Origin: Balanoglossus misakiensis
Taxonomy: Eukaryota > Animalia > Hemichordata
Reading direction: 5' to 3'
Length of the DNA stretch: 64,000 nt
NCBI GenBank assembly: GCA_040954595.2
Contig: JBECUI020000036.1
Coordinates: forward strand, 106,860-170,859
Shown here: piece by piece, positions 1 through 10,078 of the stretch
How positions within the stretch are numbered: the stretch's first letter is position 1
Layout: the number at the start of each line of letters is the position of its first letter
The notes under the pieces: generated by a model
The model's database searches: none
What the model saw: the letters and a program-made list of their open reading frames with translations, nothing else
What the model was told of the DNA's origin: nothing
Made by a program: the position numbers and the translations under genes

Positions 1-127
1 TTCAATATTTTCCTCAAATAATAGACACATAAAGTATATCGGAACTTTTCCTGTAATTCTTGCTAAATAATGTCTCATTATTTTTTGTTGTGTCTCACTT
101 TTTTGAACGGCTCCTCCTTGGCTTGAC

Positions 128-536
128 TCAATAAGAGAAAAAAAATGTGCATACGTACTTGCAAAGGGTGGCTGGTGGGGTGGAGTAGCGCAGGAAGACT
201 GCTTTCACAAAATTGGAAAAGCCATATTGAATTTTTTCTAATCCCGCTTCCTGCATCAACTTTTGCATCCTTGCAATGCCCGTTCCCATCTTTTCAATAT
301 AGTCAATTCTCTGCATGAGGTTGGCAATATTGGGATTTCTCAGCAAACTCACTTTAGCAAAGTCTTTTTCTCTTAATCCCTTCGGCAGCCCTCCCGGACT
401 GGTAATCTCCACCCTGTCATCAAAAATTTCAACCATAACATGGGCTCCCATCTCAAAATAATCTCGATGGATAACCGCATTAATAACTGCTTCTCTCAGA
501 GCCTCATAGGGGAGTTCGGGAATTTCTTTTCTAGCT
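128..536 (-). pseudogene. 5'-truncated HATPase_c_4 (RecG C-terminal-like / AlbA_2-associated) ATPase domain remnant
   Basis: Motifs PYEALREAVINAVIHRDY, VEIFDDRVEITSPGGLP, RNPNIA and IEKMGTGIARM. No N-terminal domain; similarity stops at the junction with the darT fragment (536/537). Confidence 0.8.
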
Positions 537-676
537 GGTGAGGGCAATTAAAACAAATTCAGACTCGGGACGTTTACTAATACACGCCCCATCAAAAGGA
601 TTATTCGCAAAAAAAGGAAGGGAACATAGCTGTTTAATTGTTTTCTTCTCTGAATTCTATAATCTCACAGTCCGCA
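537..676 (-). repeat. Degenerate direct-repeat copy of an internal darT segment (partner copy 4453-4594)
   Basis: Aligned by eye: 140 nt vs 142 nt, with 4 substitutions and 2 single-base deletions (~96% identity). Confidence 0.95.
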
Positions 677-698
677 TGCAAACGATCTCGACCTTCTC

Positions 699-3005
699 TC
701 ACTCTTTCCTGCGTTCTAATGCAAAACTATCTTTTTGCTGTTCCATTTGATAAAAGGCAATCTCCTTGCCCTCAAAAAGTTTCTTGATTGCTGTTTTCTT
801 TTTATAGTCGCACTTCATTCCAAAGGTGATGGATTTTATATTGCATGTTTCCAGTTCAAGGAATACCCCACCTTGTGCTTGGCTATACTTGATTGCACGT
901 ACCTCTTGTTCATAGTTCCAACACTTTGCTTTTGTAAAGAATCCACTCTCTATAAGAGCTGTTACTGATTGCCAATCATAGGTTATCTCTAAGTTGTCGG
1001 GATAGTGAACCTCCCCAATGGCAATCCTGTTCTTTTCCTGAAATTCTCTATCAAATCCATACTCAATGAATATGCCTGTATGGCTATCCGCGTAATGGCT
1101 CCACATAAGCATGTTTCCCCAACTTCTTTTATTTGCTTGTACAAAAGACCCAACCCTTATCTTTTTCCACTCTTCTTTGAGGAGAAGTGGCATATTCTTC
1201 TCCTTTGCAAGGGGACAATCCATTGGGTCATTAAAATTGTCGGGATCTGCCAGGTACAGCTCTCCGTTAATGAGAGCCTCTAATGTGTTTTGATTGACGG
1301 GTCTAAACTTGCCAATTCCTTGTTCTTTAACAGGCATTCCGGTAATAGCTAAGGCAATGGCTTGGCTATAGTCTGCTATTGCTCGATCATGCTTGCCTTG
1401 AGTAACATACGCATTCCCTCGATTATAATATGCCCTCGCCTGGTCGTTCTCATTGGTATATAGTTCTATGGCTTGGCTATAGTCTGCTATTGCACGGTCA
1501 TACTTGCCTGTATCACTATACGCAATTCCTCGATTATAATATGCCGCCGCCTTGCCGTTCTCATCGGTATATAGTTCTATAGCTTTGCCGTAGTCGGCTA
1601 TCGCCCGGTCATGCTCCCCTGTATCCCTATACGCAATCCCTCGATTAACATAAGCTTTCGCCTTGCTGTTCTCATCGGTATATAACGCTATCGCTTTGCC
1701 ATAGTCGGCTATTGCCTGGTCATACTTGCCTGTATCACTATACGCAATTCCTCGACCAACATAAGCCAACGCCTCGGTGTTCTTATCGGTAGATAGTTCT
1801 ATTGCTTGGCTATAGTCTGCTATTGCACGGTCATACTTACCTGTATCACTATACGCATCCCCTCGGAGAAAATATGCATTCGCCTTGTCGTTCTCATCGG
1901 CATATAGTTCTATAGCTTTGCCGTAGTCGGCTATTGCCTGGTCATGCTCGCCTTGAGCAACATACGCAATTCCTCGATTAGCATAAGCCTTTGCTTGCTC
2001 GTTCTTATCGGTAAATAGCCCTATTGCTTGGCTATAGTCTGCTATTGCCCGGTCATGCTCACCTTTACCCCTATACGCATTCCCTCGATTATAATATGCC
2101 TTTGCTTTGTCATTCCTACTGGTAAATAGCTCTATCGCTTTGCCATAGTCTGCTATTGCACGGTCATGCTCACCTTTAGCACTACACGCAGTTCCTCGAT
2201 TATAATATGCCTTCGCCTGGTCGTTCTCATTGGTATATAGTTCTATGGCTTTGCTATAGTCTGCTATTGCACGGTCATGCTCGCCTTGAGAACTATAAGC
2301 ATTCCCTCGACTATCATAAGCCTTCGCCTGGTCGTTCCTACCAGTGAATAACTCCATCGCTTTGTCAAAGTCTGCTATTGCTCGGACATGATCCCCTGTA
2401 TCCCTATACGCAATTCCTCGATTAACATAAGCTTTCGCCTTGCTGTTCTCATCGGTATATAGTTCTATAGCTTTGCCGTAGTCGGCTATCGCACGATCAT
2501 GCTCCCCTATATCCATATATGCAATTCCTCGACCAACATAAGCCAACGCCTCGGTGTTCTTATCGGTAGATAGTTCTATCGCTTGGCTATAGTCTGCTTT
2601 TGCCCGGTCATACTTACCTGTATCACTATACACATCCCCTCGGAGAAGATATGCATTCGCCTTGTCGTTCTCATCGGCATATAGTTCTATAGCTTTGCCG
2701 TAGTCTGCTATTGCCCGATCATACTTACCTGTATCACTATACGCATTTCCTCGGTTTTCATAAGCCCCTGCCTTGTTCTTCTTATCGGTATATAGTTCTA
2801 TCGCCTTGCCGTAGTCGGCTATTGCACGGTCATGCTTGCCTTGAGCAACATACGCATATCCTCGACCATCATAAGTCTTTGCCTTGGCACTCTTATTTGC
2901 AATCGGGGAGTTGATAATTTCAGTACAGCATTCTATCGCGCTGTCATAGTCGGCTGCTTTATAAAGCCGGACTGCTTGCTCGAATAGTTTTGCTATGTTT
3001 ATCAT
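699..3005 (-). CDS. TPR-array protein with C-terminal DUF2971-like domain
   Basis: 14 tandem 37-aa TPRs (AxAYxNRGxAYxxxGxxDRAIADYxKAIEL), then LYLADPDNFNDPMDC, MWSHYADSHTGIFIEY and FFTKAKCWNYEQEVR, which match my recollection of DUF2971 motifs. Confidence 0.85.
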   Translation of the reverse strand: MINIAKLFEQAVRLYKAADYDSAIECCTEIINSPIANKSAKAKTYDGRGYAYVAQGKHDRAIADYGKAIELYTDKKNKAGAYENRGNAYSDTGKYDRAIADYGKAIELYADENDKANAYLLRGDVYSDTGKYDRAKADYSQAIELSTDKNTEALAYVGRGIAYMDIGEHDRAIADYGKAIELYTDENSKAKAYVNRGIAYRDTGDHVRAIADFDKAMELFTGRNDQAKAYDSRGNAYSSQGEHDRAIADYSKAIELYTNENDQAKAYYNRGTACSAKGEHDRAIADYGKAIELFTSRNDKAKAYYNRGNAYRGKGEHDRAIADYSQAIGLFTDKNEQAKAYANRGIAYVAQGEHDQAIADYGKAIELYADENDKANAYFLRGDAYSDTGKYDRAIADYSQAIELSTDKNTEALAYVGRGIAYSDTGKYDQAIADYGKAIALYTDENSKAKAYVNRGIAYRDTGEHDRAIADYGKAIELYTDENGKAAAYYNRGIAYSDTGKYDRAIADYSQAIELYTNENDQARAYYNRGNAYVTQGKHDRAIADYSQAIALAITGMPVKEQGIGKFRPVNQNTLEALINGELYLADPDNFNDPMDCPLAKEKNMPLLLKEEWKKIRVGSFVQANKRSWGNMLMWSHYADSHTGIFIEYGFDREFQEKNRIAIGEVHYPDNLEITYDWQSVTALIESGFFTKAKCWNYEQEVRAIKYSQAQGGVFLELETCNIKSITFGMKCDYKKKTAIKKLFEGKEIAFYQMEQQKDSFALERRKE
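1347..2882 (-). repeat. Intragenic array of 14 x 111-bp TPR-coding repeats with a 777-bp higher-order duplication
   Basis: Units are highly similar at DNA level. Repeats 3-5 recur as 10-12 (e.g. gcttggctatagtctgc at 1804 and 2581). Confidence 0.92.
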
Positions 3006-3069
3006 GTAACCTTCTGCCCATACTTTTTATGTTATATCATCACATTCCCTACAAACAAGTACGGACTAT

Positions 3070-4116
3070 TCAAGAAATTTTACAAAGGAAATATCCCAAA
3101 AAAGTTTTTTCAATTAAATTGTGTTTTAGTAAAATATCGATCCCTTCTTTTATTACATCATCATTAAATCTTCTTTTCTCTTCCTTCGGCCATTTCTTAA
3201 ATTCTTCAATAATTTTTTCTTCACTTTCACATCCCTCGTTTATTAAATAAGCAACGGTTGCAGCTGTCTCAATAAGTAACGGATCTTTTATGCTTAAGGT
3301 TGTCTTTGTAGCTTGCTCAATGGGGATAGCAAATTTTTCTAATAGGCTCTCTGATCTTTTACTAATATGGGTATTGTAAGCCAATTCAAAAGCCTGAATG
3401 AGTTCTTTATTATAAAATGTTTTATATTCTTCAATTTGTTTAGAAATTAATTCAATAGCATAGCAGTAGGGGCCATATTTGTGTTTTACAAACTTAAAAT
3501 AAACCGTTTGAGCAAATAAGTTCATCAAAAAGGCCGTCTTTTGTAAAACAAGATCCGCTAGGAAAGCATTATCATTTTTACTGTTCCCCTTATCAATCCC
3601 AATCTTTAATTTCATAATAATCAAATGAGAAGCACTCAATTTAGGAGGCTCTTTGATATTGCTTGTATTCATTACTGCAGACGGCTCAAAAATAACTATT
3701 TGCACACCCTCTAAAAAAGATAATTTTTCCTCTATTTTCTGTTTAACAGTTGTCCAAGCAAGCCCCCCGTTTCCACTGCCCAGTGGAGGAATAGAAATAG
3801 TTTTAATCTTTCTTGTTTGAATTGTTTGAGCAAGATCTTTTAGTCCGTCATCAATAAAAGAATATTTTGATTTTTTTCTCCATTCATCTTTTGTCGGAAA
3901 ATTAATAATTATTCTTTCACCCTCTTTAACAACAAACATTTTACCAGTTTGCACTTTCTTTTTTTTACAAGCTTCTACGTATTGACGATTATTTTCAGGG
4001 AATCTAGTCTTGAATTGGTAGGCGATTCCCTTTCCCATATATCCTTCACAATTCACGGTATTCACAAGAGCTTGTGAATTTGATTCAAAAATATTTCCTG
4101 TTGTAAATTTAATCAT
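3070..4116 (-). CDS. darG: DarG antitoxin, macrodomain DNA ADP-ribosyl glycohydrolase
   Basis: GNIFES..ALVNTVNCEGYMGKGIAYQFK, IINFPTKDEWR, ISIPPLGSGNGGLAW; C-terminal LQK..YGPY region; 9 bp downstream of darT. Confidence 0.92.
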   Translation of the reverse strand: MIKFTTGNIFESNSQALVNTVNCEGYMGKGIAYQFKTRFPENNRQYVEACKKKKVQTGKMFVVKEGERIIINFPTKDEWRKKSKYSFIDDGLKDLAQTIQTRKIKTISIPPLGSGNGGLAWTTVKQKIEEKLSFLEGVQIVIFEPSAVMNTSNIKEPPKLSASHLIIMKLKIGIDKGNSKNDNAFLADLVLQKTAFLMNLFAQTVYFKFVKHKYGPYCYAIELISKQIEEYKTFYNKELIQAFELAYNTHISKRSESLLEKFAIPIEQATKTTLSIKDPLLIETAATVAYLINEGCESEEKIIEEFKKWPKEEKRRFNDDVIKEGIDILLKHNLIEKTFLGYFLCKIS

Positions 4117-4125
4117 AAAAATCCC

Positions 4126-4719
4126 TCACACTCTACATGCAAACATATGTGGGTTTATCTGAATAAATACCTCATTGCTTCCGCTCATGTTTTCTATTTC
4201 TTTTTTGGACTCTGCATTTCTTACATAGATTCTCTCAAAAAATTTTTTCTCCACTTTTGATGCTATTATACACTCGGCCATACAAGTTTGTTTGCAGTCC
4301 CTATCTTGATAGTCTCTTTTATCCATCAAATTCCAGTCTATTTTTTTATATCCTTCCTTGTAGGAATATATCTTCTTTTCATGATTTTTAAAATAATGAA
4401 TAGGATGGGTGGGAATAATTTTTGCCTGTAATTGGTTGCAGGCATCTTCGCGGGTGAGGGCAATTAAAACAAATTCAGACTCGGGACGTTTACTAATACA
4501 CGTCCCATCAAAAGGATTATTCGCAAAAAAATGGAAGGGAACATAGCTGTTTAAATTGTTTTCTTTTCTGAATTCTATAATCTCACGGTCTGCAATATCT
4601 ACAAAACTGCTCTTTAATTCACTTCTGGCCTGTAAGCCATTCTGAAAAATTGACTCTAAATTTTTAATATCAGTGAGATGATATATGAGTTTGCCGGCGC
4701 TTGGATTAATAGCGCACAT
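4126..4719 (-). CDS. darT: DarT (DUF4433) DNA ADP-ribosyltransferase toxin
   Basis: LIYHLTDIKNLESIFQNGL, YVPFHF and MAEC (candidate catalytic Glu); paired with a macrodomain gene. Confidence 0.88.
   Translation of the reverse strand: MCAINPSAGKLIYHLTDIKNLESIFQNGLQARSELKSSFVDIADREIIEFRKENNLNSYVPFHFFANNPFDGTCISKRPESEFVLIALTREDACNQLQAKIIPTHPIHYFKNHEKKIYSYKEGYKKIDWNLMDKRDYQDRDCKQTCMAECIIASKVEKKFFERIYVRNAESKKEIENMSGSNEVFIQINPHMFACRV
4453..4594 (-). repeat. Intact copy of the darT internal repeat (partner copy 537-676)
   Basis: Direct alignment with 537-676. Confidence 0.95.
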
Positions 4720-4767
4720 CGCTTTTCTCCCTTTAAAAATTATAGCATAAATGACTGTACTTTGTCA

Positions 4768-5000
4768 TTATGAATTGGCAAAACTTTTTTCAATGTTTAC
4801 TTCTTCTTTCAGCAAGGTCGCCTCATCCAGGGTCGTCTGCGTTCCCTCAATCTTGCTGGAGGTAACCGCTTCCCGCTTTGCGTACATGGTAATAAAAGAA
4901 TCAATATCGGGAACCAGTGTAGAATACGCCTCCAGAGAACCTAAACCACGCATTGCATTCCCGAGCAAGAGGTCAATCTCCTTATCTTCCCAATATTTTT
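4768..5000 (-). pseudogene. Fic-family N-terminal remnant
   Basis: LGNAMRGLGSL...MYAKREAVTSSKIEGTQTTLDE is typical of Fic N-termini. It stops after ~70 aa, before any HPFxxGNGR motif. Confidence 0.8.
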
Positions 5001-5073
5001 ATTTAAGCAATGCCAAAATGCGAGAATAATTCAAACTACTTGATTACAGATTCTATAATTTCAAGACAAATCC

Positions 5074-5103
5074 TTGCATAATAAAGAGACTATAAAATAT
5101 AAT
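5074..5103 (+). promoter_or_regulatory. Putative sigma70 promoter of topA (likely leaderless)
   Basis: TTGCAT-18 nt-TATAAT, ATG 7 nt downstream, no Shine-Dalgarno. Confidence 0.5.
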
Positions 5104-5110
5104 CGTATAC

Positions 5111-7468
5111 ATGAAAAAAACCGAACGCATCCTTGTTATTGTTGAATCTCCCACGAAGGCTAAGACCATTAAACGTTTTCTTTCTGACGAATATAATGTT
5201 CAGGCAACGTATGGACATATACGGGATTTGCCACAATCGGCAAGTGATATTCCGAAGGGGTTGAAACAATACGCATGGACCAGACTCGGGATTGATGTTG
5301 AAAATAATTTTCAACCCTTGTACATTACCCCTCGAACAAGTAAGAAGACTATCACTAATCTACAAAAGGAGATGAAGGATTGTACATCTATTCTACTGGC
5401 AACGGACGAAGACCGCGAAGGGGAAAGCATCTGTTGGCATCTTCTAGAACTGCTACAGCCGAAAAAGGAAATTAAACGAATTGTTTTCCATGAAATAACG
5501 AATGAGGCAATTGATCACGCCATTAAGAATGCACGAGATGTGAATATGAAACTCGTACGGGCACAGGAATCTCGGCGCATACTAGATCGCCTCTACGGAT
5601 ATACCCTATCCCCTCTGATCTGGAAAAAGATTGCATACGGATTAAGTGCAGGACGGGTGCAGTCGCCCGCACTCCGCATCCTTATTGAGCGAGAACGAGA
5701 ACGAATACAGTTCGTATCAAGCGAATACTGGGATATCAAAGCAGAACTGGCAAACGAGAAGGAGATCGAATTTCAGGCACTTCTCTCTAAGGTTGATAAT
5801 AAGACAGTCGCCGGCACAAAACATTTTGACTCCACAACCGGTGTCTTTACCGGCAACGAAACAGTTATGCTACTAAATAAACAAGAAACCGCAGATCTAT
5901 GTACGGAACTAGAAGGAGTTGATTGGATCGTTACCGATCTGACATCACGAGACAGCACCTTGCGACCATCTCCCCCCTTCATTACATCAACATTGCAACA
6001 AGAAGGAAACAGAAAACTCGGATTGAGTACGCGCCAAACCATGCGTACCGCACAACAGCTATACGAAAAAGGATTAATCACCTATATGCGAACCGACTCG
6101 CCCATGCTCTCGCAGGAAGCAATTCGCGCCGCACGGCAGGCAGTACAGACTAGAATTGGGGAGGAGTATCTTTCACCGAAGTCTCGTCAGTACACCGCAC
6201 GATCCCGGCAAGCACAGGAGGCACACGAAGCCATTCGCCCCGCCGGATCCGTTTTTCGTGATCCCAAAACAATAACTTTTGATTCTACCGCTGAACAGCG
6301 CCTCTACACTATGATCTATCAACGAACACTTGCATCTCAAATGGCAGATGCTAAACGACGAACATATAATGTACAGATTCAGGCGGGCAGGACTATTTTT
6401 AATGCAACCGCAACAGTTACCACTTTTGCAGGATTCTTGCGTGCTACTGCCACAAAAGAAAAGGGCCCGCGCAATACCGAAGAAATTTCTACAATCACTC
6501 CGGGCAGTGTTCTTACAGTGCGGGATATTCAACCCGTAGAACATCATACAAAGGCGCCACCGCGTTATACAGAGGCAAGCCTCGTGCAAAAGCTCGAAGG
6601 AATGGACATCGGGAGACCATCAACATATGCAAGCATTATTTCAACCCTCTACGAACGAAAATATGCTCGAAAGAAGGATAATGCCATTATTCCTACATTT
6701 GTCGGCATTGCCGTTATCCAATTCCTAGAAGAACATTTTGAATACCTCGTTACATACGAGTTTACATCAAACATGGAAGAAGCTCTGGATCAGATAGCGG
6801 GGGGGAACCTCGATTCAATAGCATACCTGAAAGAATTTTATCTCACCGATGCCGGATTGCATCAAAAAGTTGAACAGGGTGAACAGGAGATTGAGGCCGA
6901 ACCATGCCGGGTCATCCACCTTCCTTACGAACTACCTGAAAGTACGGAAATACGGGTCGGTCGTTTCGGTCCCTACGTCGTCTTGACCGAAAAGGGAACC
7001 GAAGCCCTTACTTTTTCTCTCCCCGATGAGACCGCACCTGACGAGATAAATAAGGAAGTCATTCAATCACTTGCCGAAATAGAGAGGCGCGGTCCAATTG
7101 TTATTGGAACCGACCCGGAGAGTGGGAAAAAAATATACTGCCTCCATGGACGATATGGACCTCATTTACAACTCGGCGAAAATGACACCGAAAAGAAACC
7201 ACGTCGGGCGGCACTTGATATCCCACCGGAGGAGGTTACTCTGGAACATGCTATAAAACTATTTAGCCTGCCTCGAACACTCGGGGTGCATCCGAGTACA
7301 GAGAAGGAAATACGAGCATCCATCGGTCCCTACGGCCCGTACATCGTCCATGACGGTGATTTTCGATCACTTAAGAATGATGATGTATACACAATTGAGT
7401 TGGACAGGGCTTTAGAGATTCTCGCTCAGAAAAAAACAGTTCGAAAAAAACGTACAAAGAATAAATAA
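5111..7468 (+). CDS. topA: DNA topoisomerase I
   Basis: LVIVESPTKAKTI, ATDEDREGE, SAGRVQS, ITYMRTD, GIGRPST-like motif; C-terminal GRFGPY/GRYGP repeats. Confidence 0.97.
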   Translation: MKKTERILVIVESPTKAKTIKRFLSDEYNVQATYGHIRDLPQSASDIPKGLKQYAWTRLGIDVENNFQPLYITPRTSKKTITNLQKEMKDCTSILLATDEDREGESICWHLLELLQPKKEIKRIVFHEITNEAIDHAIKNARDVNMKLVRAQESRRILDRLYGYTLSPLIWKKIAYGLSAGRVQSPALRILIERERERIQFVSSEYWDIKAELANEKEIEFQALLSKVDNKTVAGTKHFDSTTGVFTGNETVMLLNKQETADLCTELEGVDWIVTDLTSRDSTLRPSPPFITSTLQQEGNRKLGLSTRQTMRTAQQLYEKGLITYMRTDSPMLSQEAIRAARQAVQTRIGEEYLSPKSRQYTARSRQAQEAHEAIRPAGSVFRDPKTITFDSTAEQRLYTMIYQRTLASQMADAKRRTYNVQIQAGRTIFNATATVTTFAGFLRATATKEKGPRNTEEISTITPGSVLTVRDIQPVEHHTKAPPRYTEASLVQKLEGMDIGRPSTYASIISTLYERKYARKKDNAIIPTFVGIAVIQFLEEHFEYLVTYEFTSNMEEALDQIAGGNLDSIAYLKEFYLTDAGLHQKVEQGEQEIEAEPCRVIHLPYELPESTEIRVGRFGPYVVLTEKGTEALTFSLPDETAPDEINKEVIQSLAEIERRGPIVIGTDPESGKKIYCLHGRYGPHLQLGENDTEKKPRRAALDIPPEEVTLEHAIKLFSLPRTLGVHPSTEKEIRASIGPYGPYIVHDGDFRSLKNDDVYTIELDRALEILAQKKTVRKKRTKNK

Positions 7469-7496
7469 ACAATGCATCGAATACGTAATTAAGTGT

Positions 7497-8703
7497 TTAC
7501 TTGTGCATTTTTTGGTAGTAGTTCGCTTCGGTTACAATTCTTTTTGTATCGTGCACATGAATCTTGCCTTCAATAGTACTGATAGAGTTGTTTGCTAATA
7601 ATTCGCGTAAGGCAATATTTCCCTGTTCCATTGGCAACCCAACCCATTTAATTAACTCTTGAGGTCCGAAACTAAGCACATATTGTTGCCCCTCTTCGAT
7701 AGGGATATGAAGTTTCTCAAGCTGCACCAAGATAGCATCATACATCCGAGCAATCTTGTTTGGAATAACCGCATTGGACAGTTGCCGATATACCACCCAT
7801 ATACGTTCAGCAAGAAGAGTCGTTAACCGAACGATAATCTGTGGCTGGGAATTGACGATACGCTGAAAGTTTTCACGGTTTACCGAAAGCAAAACGGAAT
7901 CCTCATATGCAATGGCAGAGGCAGACCGGGGCTTTTGCTCAAGCAATGCCATTTCTCCGAATATATCTCCCGTGCGGAGGATAGCAAGCAAGACCTCGTT
8001 ATTATTCACTATCTTAGTAATCTTCACGCTACCTTGCTGAATAATATACATCTCCTTGCCTGGCATCATTTCGGAAAAGATCATGCTGTTTTTGGGATAG
8101 TTCCGAATAAATTCATTCGAATGTTCCATCTCTTCAAGATATACTACCGCAGTTGCCTGTTCCTTTATGCTCTCCATGCGCTTCTTGACCTCAAGCCCTC
8201 GTGGATCGTTCGGACAAAGTTTTCAGAAACTGATAATAGACATAGTATGCCTGACTGAATTGTTGTTGTGCATCATAGTACGCAGCAATCGTATAAGTAT
8301 GTTCAATCCTGATGTCGCCAGCGCTGGAGCCGGTTAAATTAGCAAGGGCACTATCCAAATACCTCATACGACGAGAAAAACTTTCAATAATTTTCATAGC
8401 AACCGCTGTATTTCGCTTAATGAGATTGCCGTATTCATCCTTATGAACAGCAATTAATACGCAGTCCGTTAATGCCTGTACCGTTTCAATACTACGTTGT
8501 GCAGACATAGCAGAAATAACACCGAAGAAGTCGCCCGGATTGAGGATATTTCCGCTCTCTTCCTGTACGACCTCAGCACTCTTCGTTATCTTGACCACTC
8601 CTGATTGAATGATAAAGAAGCGAGTTAACTCCGCTTTACCCTCTACAATAATATACGCTCCCTTGCTAAAGCGTACTAATGATATCTGAGTACTAGTGTT
8701 CAT
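7497..8703 (-). CDS. Tandem cNMP-binding domain (Crp/Fnr-like) protein, split by a +1 frameshift near 8220-8223
   Basis: Two cNMP domains (PGDFFGVIS; [19 protein letters not shown]). Removing one A joins the ORFs as [25 protein letters not shown]. Confidence 0.8.
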
Positions 8704-10003
8704 GTACTATCTCCCTCATTTCATTATACAGTGGAAAAGTCTGACATAAATCACGAACTTTTTGCATAATGATTGGTATGCTACGCTCACCATCCGTTAG
8801 CACTTGCACAATTAATTGTCCAATGTACTCTATCTCTTGCTCTTTCATGCCTCGGGTTGTGAGCGCTGGGGTCCCAAAGCGAATGCCGGAACAGTAAAGA
8901 GGGCTGCGTGTATCATAGGGAATTGCATTCTTATTAGCGGTAATACCGGCTGCACATAGGAGAGTTTCCGCATCCTTGCCTGTTATATTAAAATTATTCA
9001 AATCTACCAGTACAATATGATTATCGGTGCCGCCGGTTATAACGCGTGCACCTTTTTCCTGAAGCACACGAGCAAGCGTTTGAGCATTGAGTATTACCTG
9101 TTTCTGATATTTTCGGAATGTCGGTAATAAGGCCTCACCAAAAGCGACAGCCTTCGCTCCTATCGTATGCATCATTGGACCACCTTGTACCCCGGGAACT
9201 ATCGCTGAATCTATCAGTTCGGATACCCGTTTGATCCGTCCGGACTTGGGAGCACGAATATCTCGATCATTCTCCATATCCTTGCCCATTAAAATAATGC
9301 CCCCTCTCGGTCCGCGGAGAGTCTTATGGGTCGTTGCAGTAACAACATGTGCATGTGGGATAGGACTTGGATGGTAATCAGTAGCAACAAGACCGGCAAT
9401 ATGTGCCATATCGACAACAAGAAGGGCTCCCACCTCATCGGCTATAGCACGAAATTTGTCAAATTCAATAATCCTCGAGTAGGATGATGCACCGGCAATA
9501 ATAATCCGCGGCTTGCTTGCTTTTGCAGTCTCTCGGACAGCATCATAATCAATTCGTTCACTGCTCTTATCCACCCCGTAAAAAGAAGCCTGATAGAGTT
9601 GTCCGGAAAAACTGACCGATGCACCATGTGTCAAATGACCACCATGTGCCAAATCCATGCCAAGTATCCTGTCGCCTGGCTTCATAAGGGCAAAATAGAC
9701 AGCCATATTTGCAGTACTACCGGAATGTGCTTGGACATTTACATAAGCAGCACCAAAGAGCTTCTTTGCACGGGCACAAGCTAATCGTTCCACCTCATCA
9801 ACATGTTCACATCCGCCATAATACCGTTTGCCGGGATACCCTTCGGCATACTTATGAGTCAGCACCGAAGCATTCGCTTCTCGTACCGCCGGACTAACAA
9901 AATTTTCTGAGGCTATAAGTTCCAGATTATTCTTTTGCCGTTCTTCTTCTAATTGAAAGAGTTTTGCTATTTCAAGATCATTTGCTTGTACAAAGTTATG
10001 CAT
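8693..10003 (-). CDS. glyA: Serine hydroxymethyltransferase
   Basis: [35 protein letters not shown]; ATG at 10003 preferred. Confidence 0.97.
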   Translation of the reverse strand: MHNFVQANDLEIAKLFQLEEERQKNNLELIASENFVSPAVREANASVLTHKYAEGYPGKRYYGGCEHVDEVERLACARAKKLFGAAYVNVQAHSGSTANMAVYFALMKPGDRILGMDLAHGGHLTHGASVSFSGQLYQASFYGVDKSSERIDYDAVRETAKASKPRIIIAGASSYSRIIEFDKFRAIADEVGALLVVDMAHIAGLVATDYHPSPIPHAHVVTATTHKTLRGPRGGIILMGKDMENDRDIRAPKSGRIKRVSELIDSAIVPGVQGGPMMHTIGAKAVAFGEALLPTFRKYQKQVILNAQTLARVLQEKGARVITGGTDNHIVLVDLNNFNITGKDAETLLCAAGITANKNAIPYDTRSPLYCSGIRFGTPALTTRGMKEQEIEYIGQLIVQVLTDGERSIPIIMQKVRDLCQTFPLYNEMREIVHEH

Positions 10004-10078
10004 ATAATATCCAAGTAATAACACTATTATAGTATCCTGAACATTAATACATCGTCAAGGTATTTCTGAAAATTATAA

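Noticed and set aside
1347-2882. CRISPR array
   Set aside because: The 111-bp units are in-frame TPR coding repeats with no unique spacers, and there are no cas genes.
537-4594. Diversity-generating retroelement TR/VR pair (3 of 4 substitutions are at coding-strand adenines of darT)
   Set aside because: No reverse transcriptase in the window. All four changes are transitions, there are two indels, and the variant copy is not at the 3' end of an intact target gene.
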